Source of the DNA: Phycisphaerae bacterium
GTDB taxonomy: Bacteria > Planctomycetota > Phycisphaerae > UBA1845
Assembly: GCA_029260015.1 (NCBI GenBank)
Contig: JAJDEB010000034.1
Location: 146,031-210,030 of the forward strand
DNA length: 64,000 nucleotides
Direction of reading: 5' to 3'
Below the pieces are notes generated by a model. The model was not told the DNA's origin and did no database searches. It saw nothing but the letters and a program-made list of their open reading frames with translations. Shown one piece after another: positions 28,468 through 38,487 of the stretch. Position 1 is the first letter of the stretch. Each line of letters begins with the position of its first letter. The position numbers were made by a program, and so were the translations under genes.

Positions 28468-30000
28468 ATGAGCCAGGACCCTATCGGAAATTCGAGTGGC
28501 ACAATAGAAGCAGAATCTGCGACTCCGCGCAATCGACTAAGCCTGAGCGATCAATCGATATTCATGATTCTCGCCAATGTCGTAAAGCAAGTGGCAATGC
28601 TTGCACAAACCATGATCCTCGCACGCCTTTTGAGCCAAACCGATCTTGGATCATTTCGCCAGGTCATTATTGTCTTTACGCTGGCATATGTTTTCAGTTA
28701 CCTCGCACTGCCCGAAAGCGCATCGTATTACCTGGCCAACCTTGATTCAGCTAAGCGCAAGACATTCGTTTTTCAAACGGTGGCTCTGTCAACTCTCTTG
28801 GGGTTAATCTCGGCACTATTTGTAATTGTCGGAGCGAATTCAATCGCTGGCCTGTTTGACAATCCGGGATTGGGCGCGCTTCTCATGCTGGCGTCCGTTA
28901 TTCCTTTTTGCTTGATGATTAAAACTCTGTTGACTGTCGCGTTCGTGACGGTCGGGCGCGCAAAACTGAGCAGTTCACTTTCAGTCTTGTTTGCTGTTGC
29001 GAACGTGTTGAGCATTGTTGCTCCAATTCACGTTGGGTTTACGCTTGAATCGGCGATGATCTGGTATACGGTTGTCCATTTGGTGACAGCCATTATCGCG
29101 CTCATATACTTGTGGATCATCATTGGCATGCGGATATCGTTCGACGCGGACATGATTCGCCAGCAATTTGCCTTCTCGTTTCCGTTCTGGGTGAGCTATG
29201 CCGTTTTCTTTGGATACGGCCAGGCCCATAAATTCATTGTTTCATCGTTTTTTTCTCCTGAGGAATTCGCCCTCTTTTCGGTTGGCGCGACTGAGGTACC
29301 GATGGTCGCCCAACTCGCTGTCGTGATTTCGATGCCCCTTGTGCCCGCTTCAGTGAAACTGCTTCAAGAGGGTACTGCGAAGCAAGTTGTGGATTTGTGG
29401 TCAAAGGCGGCTACCAAGGTTGCATTGGTCACCGTTCCAGTATTCATGCTTTGCGTCTTCTCACCTGAAATGATTCTCGCCCTTCTATACGGCGAACAGT
29501 ACCGATCTGCTTGGCCAATATTCGTCGCTTGTTCGTTCATCATGATACTGCGAATATCCAATGCTCAATCCTTATTCAAGGTAATTGGTAAGACACACTA
29601 CACGCTTATTTCAAGTGTGGTCGCGCTCGTCGTCGGTATTGGTGCAGGACTCGCACTGCTCGTCCCGCTTAGACTGCTGGGCCCGGTAGTCGCGATCTTA
29701 CTAGCGCGCGTAGCCGAATTGTTCGTGGCCATTTATTACCTGAAGCGACACTTGCCGATAAACATTGTCAGCATCTTTGCCCTGCATACGATTCTCAAGG
29801 TTGCGGTGGTTGCGGCGATCGCTTGTGGGATCGCCAAAGCAGCGACTTATCAAATTCAAACACCGCTTTATTATGTACCAATCAATGCGTGTGCAGCAGG
29901 TACTATTTTCATGGGACTCGCGCTGGCATTTGGCGTATTTAGCGACAGCGATAAAGCGACGCTCCTTCGGTGGGCGACACTTAAACCGTTTCGCAGCTAA
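28468..30000 (+). CDS. wzx: Wzx-type polysaccharide flippase (MOP superfamily)
   Basis: The 510-aa protein has about 12-14 TM segments throughout. It sits between sugar-nucleotide and polymerase genes. Confidence 0.75.
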   Translation: MSQDPIGNSSGTIEAESATPRNRLSLSDQSIFMILANVVKQVAMLAQTMILARLLSQTDLGSFRQVIIVFTLAYVFSYLALPESASYYLANLDSAKRKTFVFQTVALSTLLGLISALFVIVGANSIAGLFDNPGLGALLMLASVIPFCLMIKTLLTVAFVTVGRAKLSSSLSVLFAVANVLSIVAPIHVGFTLESAMIWYTVVHLVTAIIALIYLWIIIGMRISFDADMIRQQFAFSFPFWVSYAVFFGYGQAHKFIVSSFFSPEEFALFSVGATEVPMVAQLAVVISMPLVPASVKLLQEGTAKQVVDLWSKAATKVALVTVPVFMLCVFSPEMILALLYGEQYRSAWPIFVACSFIMILRISNAQSLFKVIGKTHYTLISSVVALVVGIGAGLALLVPLRLLGPVVAILLARVAELFVAIYYLKRHLPINIVSIFALHTILKVAVVAAIACGIAKAATYQIQTPLYYVPINACAAGTIFMGLALAFGVFSDSDKATLLRWATLKPFRS

Positions 30001-31505
30001 TGCATTGGATAAACCTTGCTCAGAGAGAGTGCAATAGAATGTATGCACCGCAACTAACAACCCAAATCACTGTTGATCAACTTGATCGCGCCGGAATGGA
30101 TCACTCGACGTTTCAGCGCACAAAATACTGCCTTTACATTGTGCTCGCGCTAATTCCTATTGCGGGTATGGGCTATATTGCCACATCTGACAAGATGATT
30201 GCGGCTGGAATATTGGGGATCCCTGTCGCTTTCTTGTGCGTCGTCCACGCTCCGTTTTCGCTAATCGTTCTTTACTTCTTTCTGCCTGTTGAGGGCGCGA
30301 TTCAAATAAGTCCTTATTTTACAATCAGCAAGGGCGTCGGCATCATAGTGCTTCTTAGCTTCATTCCGCGTGCCATTGGAAGACCGCTGATCCTGCCTCC
30401 GCCAATCAAGTTTGTTTTCTTGCTTGGAATTTGGGCGATCATGAGCCTTGTCTGGGCTGCTTCTCCGATCTACACCGCTACAGGATTGATCGGATTAACG
30501 CTGAATATTGGGTTGATGGTCATTTTAGTCAATACCATTCAAGACAAAGCCCACTTCAATCTAATTCTCCTTTCGCTGTTTATGGGTGCAATTGTTGCGT
30601 CTTCACTTGTGACATTTGGTCACGTCTCCTATGCGAACAATCAAGAAGACATGGGAAGGGTAGTCCTGAGCGAAGGTACGAATCCGAATATTCTTGCTGC
30701 AGCAATTCTATTCGGACTTTTGTCGGGATTTTACTTATTCCTGCACTGGTCTTGGTTTCGCCGAATTTTCTTGTTGGCAGCTTTCCCGATCATGTTGTTT
30801 GCAATTTTGCAAACCCAAAGCCGGACAGTTTTGATCACGACAGTCGTGGCTCCAATCGTCGGTTTTGCCATGTCCCTCCGAGGCTCGAAGAAGATTCATC
30901 ATATTCTCGGAATCTTAGGGGTTTGTGTCGTCGCGTATCTACTTTACTACGTCATACTCAATACCTCGATTTTATCCAACGATGCGCGCGATCGGTTTCT
31001 CGCTTCAGGTAATAATCTGCAAGCCAGTGGCCGTACGGAGATGTGGATGAGGGGTGTAAGGTTTTTCCTTAGTAGTCCAATTCTAGGAAGCGGGTGGCGC
31101 AATTTTGCGGTCAGGGCTGGACTACATTCTTCGGTTTCGTCCGCCCATAACAACATGATCGCGATGGCTGTGGAGTTGGGCATTGTTGGATTCGGACTTA
31201 TGACTCTATTTTTTGTCTATCTCTTTGTGGGGTCATTGCGATGCCCCGATCCACGACTTCGGTGGATTGGTTTGACGTTTATCGCCTTCAATCTTCTTGT
31301 AGGCACAACCAGCACAACGCTTATGCAGAAGGATTTTTGGTATTCGTTAAGTTTTGTTTTGCTCACAACCGAATTGGGGAGAAAACAACGCCAACACATT
31401 CAACAGCCAAGTGCTTTACCATTCCAACAATTTCCTGGGTACTCGCTGCAACCGCAATTCAGTGGTATGCCGCAATTCAACCGACATGGACCGCCCGGCA
31501 GATAG
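30000..31505 (+). CDS. wzy: O-antigen ligase/polymerase family protein (Wzy-like)
   Basis: The protein is polytopic. The Wzy_C-type block reads SSAHNNMIAMAVELGIVGFGL. The ATG overlaps the wzx stop (TAATG). Confidence 0.7.
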   Translation: MHWINLAQRECNRMYAPQLTTQITVDQLDRAGMDHSTFQRTKYCLYIVLALIPIAGMGYIATSDKMIAAGILGIPVAFLCVVHAPFSLIVLYFFLPVEGAIQISPYFTISKGVGIIVLLSFIPRAIGRPLILPPPIKFVFLLGIWAIMSLVWAASPIYTATGLIGLTLNIGLMVILVNTIQDKAHFNLILLSLFMGAIVASSLVTFGHVSYANNQEDMGRVVLSEGTNPNILAAAILFGLLSGFYLFLHWSWFRRIFLLAAFPIMLFAILQTQSRTVLITTVVAPIVGFAMSLRGSKKIHHILGILGVCVVAYLLYYVILNTSILSNDARDRFLASGNNLQASGRTEMWMRGVRFFLSSPILGSGWRNFAVRAGLHSSVSSAHNNMIAMAVELGIVGFGLMTLFFVYLFVGSLRCPDPRLRWIGLTFIAFNLLVGTTSTTLMQKDFWYSLSFVLLTTELGRKQRQHIQQPSALPFQQFPGYSLQPQFSGMPQFNRHGPPGR

Positions 31506-31543
31506 ATTCGCGTGCTTGTCTAGTTCCGAATTGAGAGTCATTC

Positions 31544-32761
31544 ATGCGGATACTTGCAATCTCCCATTTGTTTCCGACAGTTGCCAGCCCGGCATATGGC
31601 ATTTGGGTGCCGCGTCAACTTTCCGCAATGGTCCAGGGTGGTGCCCAGGTTGACGTTCTAATACCGGCGGTTCTAGCGCCTCGAATCTTGCGAGTTTTTC
31701 CAAGGTGGCGGAAATACAATCACCTCACCGGGACTTGCGAATTCAATGAATTGCGCACTCATGTAATTCCTTACGCAAGACCGACAGGAAACTGGTACTA
31801 CCGCTGGGCAGGACACGTTCTTTATCGCGCCGCGTTGAGTATTGCATTGGCGTGGCATCGCGTAACACCGTATGACATCATTTATGCGACCTGCATATTT
31901 CCAGATGGCGATGCTGCGGTACACTTAGGGAAGCGTCTTGGTATACCGGTCTGCTGCCTGGCGATCGGTTCGGACGTCAACGTGTATCCGGATATCAGCA
32001 AGACGATGTTTCGCCACTTTGTCCGCATCGTCAACAACCTCGATGGTATGTTGGCGTGTGGGGAAGGTCTCGCTCATCGTGTTGAGTCAGTGAGCAATCG
32101 CCCAACACCTGTTGTACATGGCGTCGTTGAGGCAGATGTGTTCAAACCAGCGGCTGATCGAGAGTCGCTTCGAGAATCTCTGGGTTTCAAGCGTGAACAA
32201 CTGGTACTGCTATTTGTCGGTGGGCTCAAGAAAACGAAGGGCGTGTATGAGTTGATTGAATCGCTGAGAGGTCTTCTCTATCTACATCCCAAGACGGTCC
32301 TTAAAATCATCGGAACCGGGATCGAGTTGGATGGACTTCGCAAAGAAGCAGAATCTAACGGTCTTGAAGAATGCGTCGAGTTTGTGGGAGCTGTCGGCCC
32401 GAATGAAGTCGCCAGATGGATGCAGGCATCTGATGTACTGGTGCTTCCCTCTTACTCTGAAGGAATGCCAAACGTTGTCATGGAGGCGATGGCTTGTGGA
32501 ACGCCAGTTGTTGCGACGACGGTTGGAGGACTTCCGCGGGCAGTCGGTGAGTGCGAAGGTGTTGAGTTGGTCAAGCCCCAGTCGGTGGAAGAACTAACTG
32601 ACGCACTTCATCGCGTTCTTGCAAACGAAGAAATTCGAGTACGCATGGGTGCAGCCGCCCTCGCATGGTCACCGCGGTTCAGCGCCAAGCAAAGTGCCCA
32701 GCGCATACTGACCTACTTGGATGACCTTGTTAGTCAACATCGGGCATCTAAGAAGAATTGA
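31544..32761 (+). CDS. Glycosyltransferase family 4 (GT-B)
   Basis: The C-terminal block VLVLPSYSEGMPNVVMEAMACGTPVVATTVGGLP contains the E-x7-E motif. Confidence 0.85.
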   Translation: MRILAISHLFPTVASPAYGIWVPRQLSAMVQGGAQVDVLIPAVLAPRILRVFPRWRKYNHLTGTCEFNELRTHVIPYARPTGNWYYRWAGHVLYRAALSIALAWHRVTPYDIIYATCIFPDGDAAVHLGKRLGIPVCCLAIGSDVNVYPDISKTMFRHFVRIVNNLDGMLACGEGLAHRVESVSNRPTPVVHGVVEADVFKPAADRESLRESLGFKREQLVLLFVGGLKKTKGVYELIESLRGLLYLHPKTVLKIIGTGIELDGLRKEAESNGLEECVEFVGAVGPNEVARWMQASDVLVLPSYSEGMPNVVMEAMACGTPVVATTVGGLPRAVGECEGVELVKPQSVEELTDALHRVLANEEIRVRMGAAALAWSPRFSAKQSAQRILTYLDDLVSQHRASKKN

Positions 32762-34011
32762 ATTCGCGAATATCCTTGAATAAGAATCTTCCACAAAAAC
32801 CCATCAGAACCGTGGTCGTGTACCGCGTTTGCCAACATTGGCGTGCGCCGATGTTCGCACGCTTAAATGCAAATCCGATGATCGAGCTTTCCGTATTTCA
32901 CGGCAAAGACGTTCCAGGCACAAAACTCATCAACAGCAAAGAATTCGTTGGCTTTGATCATAAGGAGATGTTGACGCTTAGCGGGAAAGTGAAGTCTTCT
33001 GGGCGAAGCGCCCCATGGGTTTGTTGCCCATTTGTTTGGTTGAGCCTGTTTCGACATAGACCAGACGTCATCGTTGTCGAGGGTGCGAGCAATATCTTCA
33101 CTAACATCTTTGTTTTTGCTTACGCTAAGCTCTTTCGCAAGCCAATCGTTTGGTGGACGCTGGGTGTACTTCGTGGGAGGAAATATTCCGGCATTGGCAA
33201 GATTTATCGACGACTTGTAGTTGCCATGGAAAAAAACGCGGCTGCCCTGTTGGGGTATAGTTCGGCGGCATTGTCCTATTTTGAGAGAACGGGTTATTCG
33301 AAGGAACGGTTTTTCCGGGCGGTCAATGTTGTTGATACTGATCGGGTAAAGTCAGACATCAACGAATCTACCGAGCGAGTCGCAATCCTCCGAAAAAAAC
33401 TGGGATTGGACAATGCAAAAGTGATCCTATTTGTCGGAGCGCTTACGTTCGAGAAAAAGATCCACCGTCTGATTCATTCCTTCGCAAACGTCAGCCAGCG
33501 GTTTCCTGATGCACGCCTTGTTGTCGTTGGCGACGGCTCAGCCCGCAAGCAACTTGAATCGCTTTGTGATGAGGTTGGATGCAGCGATAGATCCACATTT
33601 AGCGGTCAGGTCATTGGCCAGATTTCGGATTACTACGAATTGGGAACCGTGTTTGTCCTTCCCGGTTTGGGCGGTTTGGCGATCAGTGAGGCCATGACCC
33701 ACGGATTGCCGATCATTTGTAGCCGCGGTGATGGGTGCGAGGTCGATCTTGTGCGAAATGGAGACACAGGATTCCGCATTGATTCAGACGACGACGATAC
33801 TATTACGCAGTTCATTGAAGATAAGCTGGCCGAATTACTCAATGATGATCAGGCCCGCCAGAAAATGAGTGATTCTGCGCGGAGCGTCATCAAAGACGAA
33901 CACAACGTCAACACTTACATCGCAAACATCGTCGATGCCATCGTCTACGCTCGAACAAAAGTGCGTTCGACCCCCTATCCAAACGTGATTGTGGATGAAG
34001 AAACTTCTTAA
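32758..34011 (+). CDS. Glycosyltransferase family 4 (GT-B)
   Basis: Blocks ILFVGALTFEKK and VFVLPGLGGLAISEAMTHGLPIICSRGDG are present. The start overlaps the upstream stop. Confidence 0.8.
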   Translation: MNSRISLNKNLPQKPIRTVVVYRVCQHWRAPMFARLNANPMIELSVFHGKDVPGTKLINSKEFVGFDHKEMLTLSGKVKSSGRSAPWVCCPFVWLSLFRHRPDVIVVEGASNIFTNIFVFAYAKLFRKPIVWWTLGVLRGRKYSGIGKIYRRLVVAMEKNAAALLGYSSAALSYFERTGYSKERFFRAVNVVDTDRVKSDINESTERVAILRKKLGLDNAKVILFVGALTFEKKIHRLIHSFANVSQRFPDARLVVVGDGSARKQLESLCDEVGCSDRSTFSGQVIGQISDYYELGTVFVLPGLGGLAISEAMTHGLPIICSRGDGCEVDLVRNGDTGFRIDSDDDDTITQFIEDKLAELLNDDQARQKMSDSARSVIKDEHNVNTYIANIVDAIVYARTKVRSTPYPNVIVDEETS

Positions 34012-34540
34012 AAAACTTCGGATGTTCTGCCTGCTGACGTTTCGCTACCGTTTGAAATCATGCGGACAAGAATCGTACATCGGGTACAGCGTATTCATTC
34101 GACCGAACGTCTGTTCAATCGGATACAAGAGTTTTGTAGGGCCGCGTTGTTGGTTGGCTTCTGAGGTTGCGATCGGTAATTTCGTCATGCTTGCAGGTCG
34201 GGTGGCCATCGTTGGCGGTGATCATGCGTACGACAAGGTTGGCGTTCCAAGTATCGAAGCCGGTCGAGCAGTAAACAAACCAGTAATCGTTGGCGACGAC
34301 AGTTGGATTGGTCATGGTGCGATTGTGATGCACGGTATAACCATTGGCGAAGGTGCAATCGTTGCTGCAGGAGCCGTTGTCACAAAGGACATTGAATCCT
34401 ATTCAATTGCTGCAGGTGTTCCGGCAACCAAGATTCGTATGCGGTTTGAACCGGAGGAAATCGAAGTACATCGAAAGGCGTTGGCCGCCCGCCGCGCCAA
34501 ACTTGGATTGAAAGACGTTACGCAGCAAGACGCGATATAA
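33989..34540 (+). CDS. Hexapeptide-repeat (LbH) sugar O-/N-acetyltransferase
   Basis: Hexapeptide repeats read IGNFVMLAGRVAIVGGDH and VIVGDDSWIGHGAIVMHGITIGEGAIVAAGAVV. An ATG alternative start lies at 33995. Confidence 0.8.
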   Translation: MWMKKLLKKLRMFCLLTFRYRLKSCGQESYIGYSVFIRPNVCSIGYKSFVGPRCWLASEVAIGNFVMLAGRVAIVGGDHAYDKVGVPSIEAGRAVNKPVIVGDDSWIGHGAIVMHGITIGEGAIVAAGAVVTKDIESYSIAAGVPATKIRMRFEPEEIEVHRKALAARRAKLGLKDVTQQDAI

Positions 34541-34598
34541 TTGCAGTTAGTCTTTTCGTTGTTGCGCTAGTATCAACTTCTGTGATCGAAACTTCATC

Positions 34599-36629
34599 AT
34601 GGGTCTGCTCAATTCGGCGCGACTTATTCGCCACCTTGGCATTGCGACGTTTATCCGTCGTGGCTTCCATGTTGCTCGAGCCCGATCGGGATGGCTAGCG
34701 CGACTTGACCCGACCGATGGTTTCGGAGCGGCGGACCTTGCGTCTCATTTGCGAAAGGGGTGCTTGGTCGGGCAAATGCTCAGGGATCGGCGGGCCGACG
34801 CGATTCCGTTTTTCTTCGACTCGTCATTCACTCGCGACTTCGCCCCCATTCTCGAAAAGCTGATTCCGCTGGAAGATCGTGAGCGATTGCTTCAACAGGC
34901 CAACGGGCTGGAGTCCGGGAGGGTTCGATTCTTCAGTCATTGGGATGCCGATCTGGGCGATCCGATCGATTGGCACGTTAACCCTCAATCCAACAAGCGG
35001 TGGGATTCAGAGTCCCACTGGTGCCAGATTCGCAATCTCGATCCTGCGATGGGCGATGTCAAAATGGTGTGGGAAGCCAGTCGTTTTTCCCATGCGTTTC
35101 TGCTTGTTCGCGCGTTTGCCCTGACCAACGAGCGATCTTACCTGGAACTTTGCTTGAAGCTCATCGAAGAGTGGATCGACGCAAATCCGCCCGCGCGTGG
35201 CGTTCATTGGAATTGCGGGCAGGAGACGGCGTTTCGACTGATAGGATGGTGCTTTGCGCTGCACGCATCATACGCGGCTGACGTGCTGGATCGTGACCGA
35301 TTCGCGAAGATCCTGGCATCTATTTATCGACAGACCCAGCGGATCGAACGTCATATCGGGTTCGCTCGTTCGATCGCTAACAACCATGCCTTGAGTGAAG
35401 CTGCCGGCTTGTATACCGTCGGGCGTTTGTTTCCCGAGTTCGACAATTCGAAGCGATGGATTCGAAAGGGCAAGCGAATCCTGTGCACCGAAATCCTCCG
35501 ACAGGTTTTTGCGGACGGCTCATATATTCAGCATTCGATGAATTACCATCGGGTCATGCTGCACGATTGCCTATGGGCGATGCGGTTAGCCGACATCTAC
35601 GACGATCCATTTCCCGATGCGGTCGTCAATCGACTGCGACGCGCGGTTAAGTTCGCGAGAGACATGCAGGACGCAGAAAGCGGCCGATTGCCGAATTATG
35701 GATCCAATGATGGTGCCCAAGTCCTACCGTTGACCTCGTGCGATTACCTTGACCATCGTCCAGTGCTGCAGTCGTGGTCCCATCAGTTGGACGGTGAACG
35801 CGCCTTTGAAACCGGGCCGTGGGATGAGGAGGCTCTTTGGCTGTTCGGTACTTCAGCCCTTCGTGACACTTGCGACAACATCAAACCCAAGAGTGCACGT
35901 TACGAAGTTGGCGGATACTACACGCTTCGAGGACAAAACAGTTGGGCGATGGTCCGTTGTCATTCATACAAATGGCGACCGGCTGAAGCCGACATGCTGC
36001 ATTTGGACCTTTGGCACAAGGGCGAAAACGTCTTGCGCGACGGTGGGTCTTTCAGCTACAACTGCCCCGCCCCATTTGGCACCTATTTCAAATCGACTGC
36101 CGCCCACAACACGGTGACCGTTGAAGGGCAAGACCAAATGGTCAAAGGCCCCCGCTTCATGTGGTTTGACTGGGTCAAGTCGCGACTCATCGCGTATCAG
36201 CCCTCCGACGGTTCAGCAGGAGGGCACTTTGAAGCTGAGCATTTCGGTTATCGCAAGCGATTCGGAGTCACCCATCGCCGCCGGGTTGAATACGCCCTAC
36301 CGGATCATTGGATGGTCGTTGACCAAATCTTGGGTGATGTCTCTGTCAATGCGGCTGTCACCTGGCACATTCCGGACGTGCCCTATGATTGGAATGAAGA
36401 GACTTTGACGTTGATGTTTGAAGTTGGATCGGGTCATGTTCAATTGTCGTTCGTCGTCGAAGATGGGACGATTGACTCAACGATAATCCATCGAGCGTTT
36501 GAAAGCGACAAGTCCGCATCCGGTTGGGAGTCGCTATACTACGGCGAGAAACAACCGCGACCAGCCATTCAGATCGCCCTCCGATTCGAGGCGAAAACCA
36601 AACTGATCACAAACATTCACTGCAATTAG
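34599..36629 (+). CDS. Heparinase II/III-family protein (alpha/alpha toroid plus beta-sandwich)
   Basis: Blocks NNHALSEAAGLY, YHRVMLHD, HLDLWHKGENVLRDGGSFSY and TAAHNTVTV are typical of the Hepar_II_III family as I recall it. Confidence 0.75.
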   Translation: MGLLNSARLIRHLGIATFIRRGFHVARARSGWLARLDPTDGFGAADLASHLRKGCLVGQMLRDRRADAIPFFFDSSFTRDFAPILEKLIPLEDRERLLQQANGLESGRVRFFSHWDADLGDPIDWHVNPQSNKRWDSESHWCQIRNLDPAMGDVKMVWEASRFSHAFLLVRAFALTNERSYLELCLKLIEEWIDANPPARGVHWNCGQETAFRLIGWCFALHASYAADVLDRDRFAKILASIYRQTQRIERHIGFARSIANNHALSEAAGLYTVGRLFPEFDNSKRWIRKGKRILCTEILRQVFADGSYIQHSMNYHRVMLHDCLWAMRLADIYDDPFPDAVVNRLRRAVKFARDMQDAESGRLPNYGSNDGAQVLPLTSCDYLDHRPVLQSWSHQLDGERAFETGPWDEEALWLFGTSALRDTCDNIKPKSARYEVGGYYTLRGQNSWAMVRCHSYKWRPAEADMLHLDLWHKGENVLRDGGSFSYNCPAPFGTYFKSTAAHNTVTVEGQDQMVKGPRFMWFDWVKSRLIAYQPSDGSAGGHFEAEHFGYRKRFGVTHRRRVEYALPDHWMVVDQILGDVSVNAAVTWHIPDVPYDWNEETLTLMFEVGSGHVQLSFVVEDGTIDSTIIHRAFESDKSASGWESLYYGEKQPRPAIQIALRFEAKTKLITNIHCN

Positions 36630-36645
36630 GAATCAAATCGCACAT

Positions 36646-37878
36646 ATGCATGTAGCCTATATTCATCAGCATTTTTCGACACGAAGCGGCATGACGGGTA
36701 CGCGTTCATTCGAACTCAGCCAACGTCTCATCGAAGCTGGGCACAAGGTCACGATTGTCTCCGGGGTCAACGAGCTTAGCCCCATCAGAGGCGAGAAGGG
36801 CGCACGCGTTTCGGAGACCGAGGTCGATGGCATCCATGTGCTATCAGTGTCAGAACCGTACAAGAATTCGATGGGATTCGTGCAGCGCGTGCGTGCGTTT
36901 GGGCGATTTGCGAGAACGGCTGAGCAGCTTGTCAAGAAGACCGATGCCGATCTCGTATTTGCGACATCAACGCCGCTGACCGTTGGCATCCCGGGAATGA
37001 AGGGAGCAAGGCATCTCGGCGTTCCGTTCGTTTTTGAGGTTCGCGACCTGTGGCCGGAAATCCCCATCGCGATTGGCGTCGTCAAGAATCCATTGCTCAA
37101 ATGGTATTTAAAGCACCTAGAAGTCAAAATCTATCGGGCGGCAAAATGGATCATCGCCTTGTCACCGGGGATTCGCGAAGGCATCTGCAACACCGGGTAT
37201 CCCAAATTGCAAACCTCCATGATTCCAAACGCCTCTGACCTCGATGTCTTCAAACCCGATCCCACCGGCATCGACGATCCGCAGTATGGCTGCCCCGAAG
37301 ATTTTAAGCTGGTCTTCACCGGTGCACACGGGCTGGCCAACGGACTCGATGCCGTGCTGGATGCGATTGTGGAATTGAAGAACCGAGGTGAAACGGGGAT
37401 TCGTTTTAACTTCATCGGCAGCGGGGGACAGAAGCAAGGATTGATGGAGCGATGTGATCGAGAAGGTCTTAGCGAATGGGCCAATTGGATTGAACCGATG
37501 CCCAAGCAGCAGCTGGCTGAAATCCTCCCGCGGATGGATGTGGGAATGATGATTCTCAAGAACATCCCCGCATTTTATTACGGGACTTCACCGAATAAGT
37601 TTTTTGACTATATTGCAAGCGGTCTACCGGTGCTGAACAACTATCCCGGCTGGCTTGCGGGAATGATCGACGAGAACCAATGCGGTAAGGTTGTAGAACC
37701 GAACGACCCAAAAGCCTTCGCAGATGCGGTGGTTTGGATGCGCGATCACCCTGACGAACTAAAAGCAATGGGACCAAGAGCGCGTAAACTTGCCGAGACG
37801 CAGTTTTCGCGTCAGGTCTTGGGTGAGCAGTTTGTGCGAATACTGGAACAGGTTTACGAGCAACATAAATCCAAGTGA
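36646..37878 (+). CDS. Glycosyltransferase family 4, WbuB-like
   Basis: The N-terminal block MHVAYIHQHFSTRSGMTGTRSFE and the block NKFFDYIASGLPVLNNYPGW are present. Confidence 0.8.
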   Translation: MHVAYIHQHFSTRSGMTGTRSFELSQRLIEAGHKVTIVSGVNELSPIRGEKGARVSETEVDGIHVLSVSEPYKNSMGFVQRVRAFGRFARTAEQLVKKTDADLVFATSTPLTVGIPGMKGARHLGVPFVFEVRDLWPEIPIAIGVVKNPLLKWYLKHLEVKIYRAAKWIIALSPGIREGICNTGYPKLQTSMIPNASDLDVFKPDPTGIDDPQYGCPEDFKLVFTGAHGLANGLDAVLDAIVELKNRGETGIRFNFIGSGGQKQGLMERCDREGLSEWANWIEPMPKQQLAEILPRMDVGMMILKNIPAFYYGTSPNKFFDYIASGLPVLNNYPGWLAGMIDENQCGKVVEPNDPKAFADAVVWMRDHPDELKAMGPRARKLAETQFSRQVLGEQFVRILEQVYEQHKSK

Positions 37879-38438
37879 AAAAGCAAATCACCGAACATTT
37901 GAAAGCCGCTGAAAAGCTCACCGATTCAATTCCGCTTCTCGAACGAATCTGCGATCGGATTATCGAGTGCTTTCGCAGCGGCAATCGTCTCTACCTGGTT
38001 GGAAACGGTGGAAGCGCCGCCGATGCCCAGCACATTGCCGCGGAGTTGATCGGGCGGTTCAAGATTGACCGCGCCCCACTTCCCGCGATTGCGCTGACGA
38101 CTGATACGTCGGCGTTGACCGCGATCTCCAATGACTTGGGCGGTGACGTGGTTTTTGAAAGACAGGTCGAAGGCCTGGTCAACAAGGGCGACATCGTGTG
38201 GGCGCTAAGCGTCTCGGGCAATTCGCCAAACATCATCGCAGCCGTCAAGACAGCTCGGAAGAGAGGTGCCTGCGTGATTGGGTTTACGAGTACCAAAGGT
38301 GAAGCGCTCGCCGAATTCTGTGACGAATGCCTCCGTGCGGCTCACACCAGCAGTGACCGGGTCCAAGAAGTCCACGAGTTGGCGTATCATTTGATCTGCG
38401 AGCGCATTGAAGCAACATTTGCAGATGCAACCGAATAA
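37875..38438 (+). CDS. gmhA: SIS-domain sugar-phosphate isomerase, GmhA-like
   Basis: Blocks LYLVGNGGSAADAQHIAAELIGRF, PAIALTTDTSALTAISND and VWALSVSGNSPNIIAAV are present. The GTG start overlaps the upstream stop (GTGA). Confidence 0.7.
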   Translation: MKKQITEHLKAAEKLTDSIPLLERICDRIIECFRSGNRLYLVGNGGSAADAQHIAAELIGRFKIDRAPLPAIALTTDTSALTAISNDLGGDVVFERQVEGLVNKGDIVWALSVSGNSPNIIAAVKTARKRGACVIGFTSTKGEALAEFCDECLRAAHTSSDRVQEVHELAYHLICERIEATFADATE

Positions 38439-38487
38439 GTGATCAACCGCTCTAACTTCAACTGCAAAATACGACCAAAGTTGCAAC

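Noticed and set aside
34599-36629. Reading the heparinase II/III-like and DUF4091-like genes as a polysaccharide-utilisation locus
   Set aside because: They are embedded co-directionally among Wzx, Wzy and glycosyltransferase genes with coupled junctions. No SusC/D, transporter or regulator genes are present. The biosynthetic context is the more parsimonious reading.
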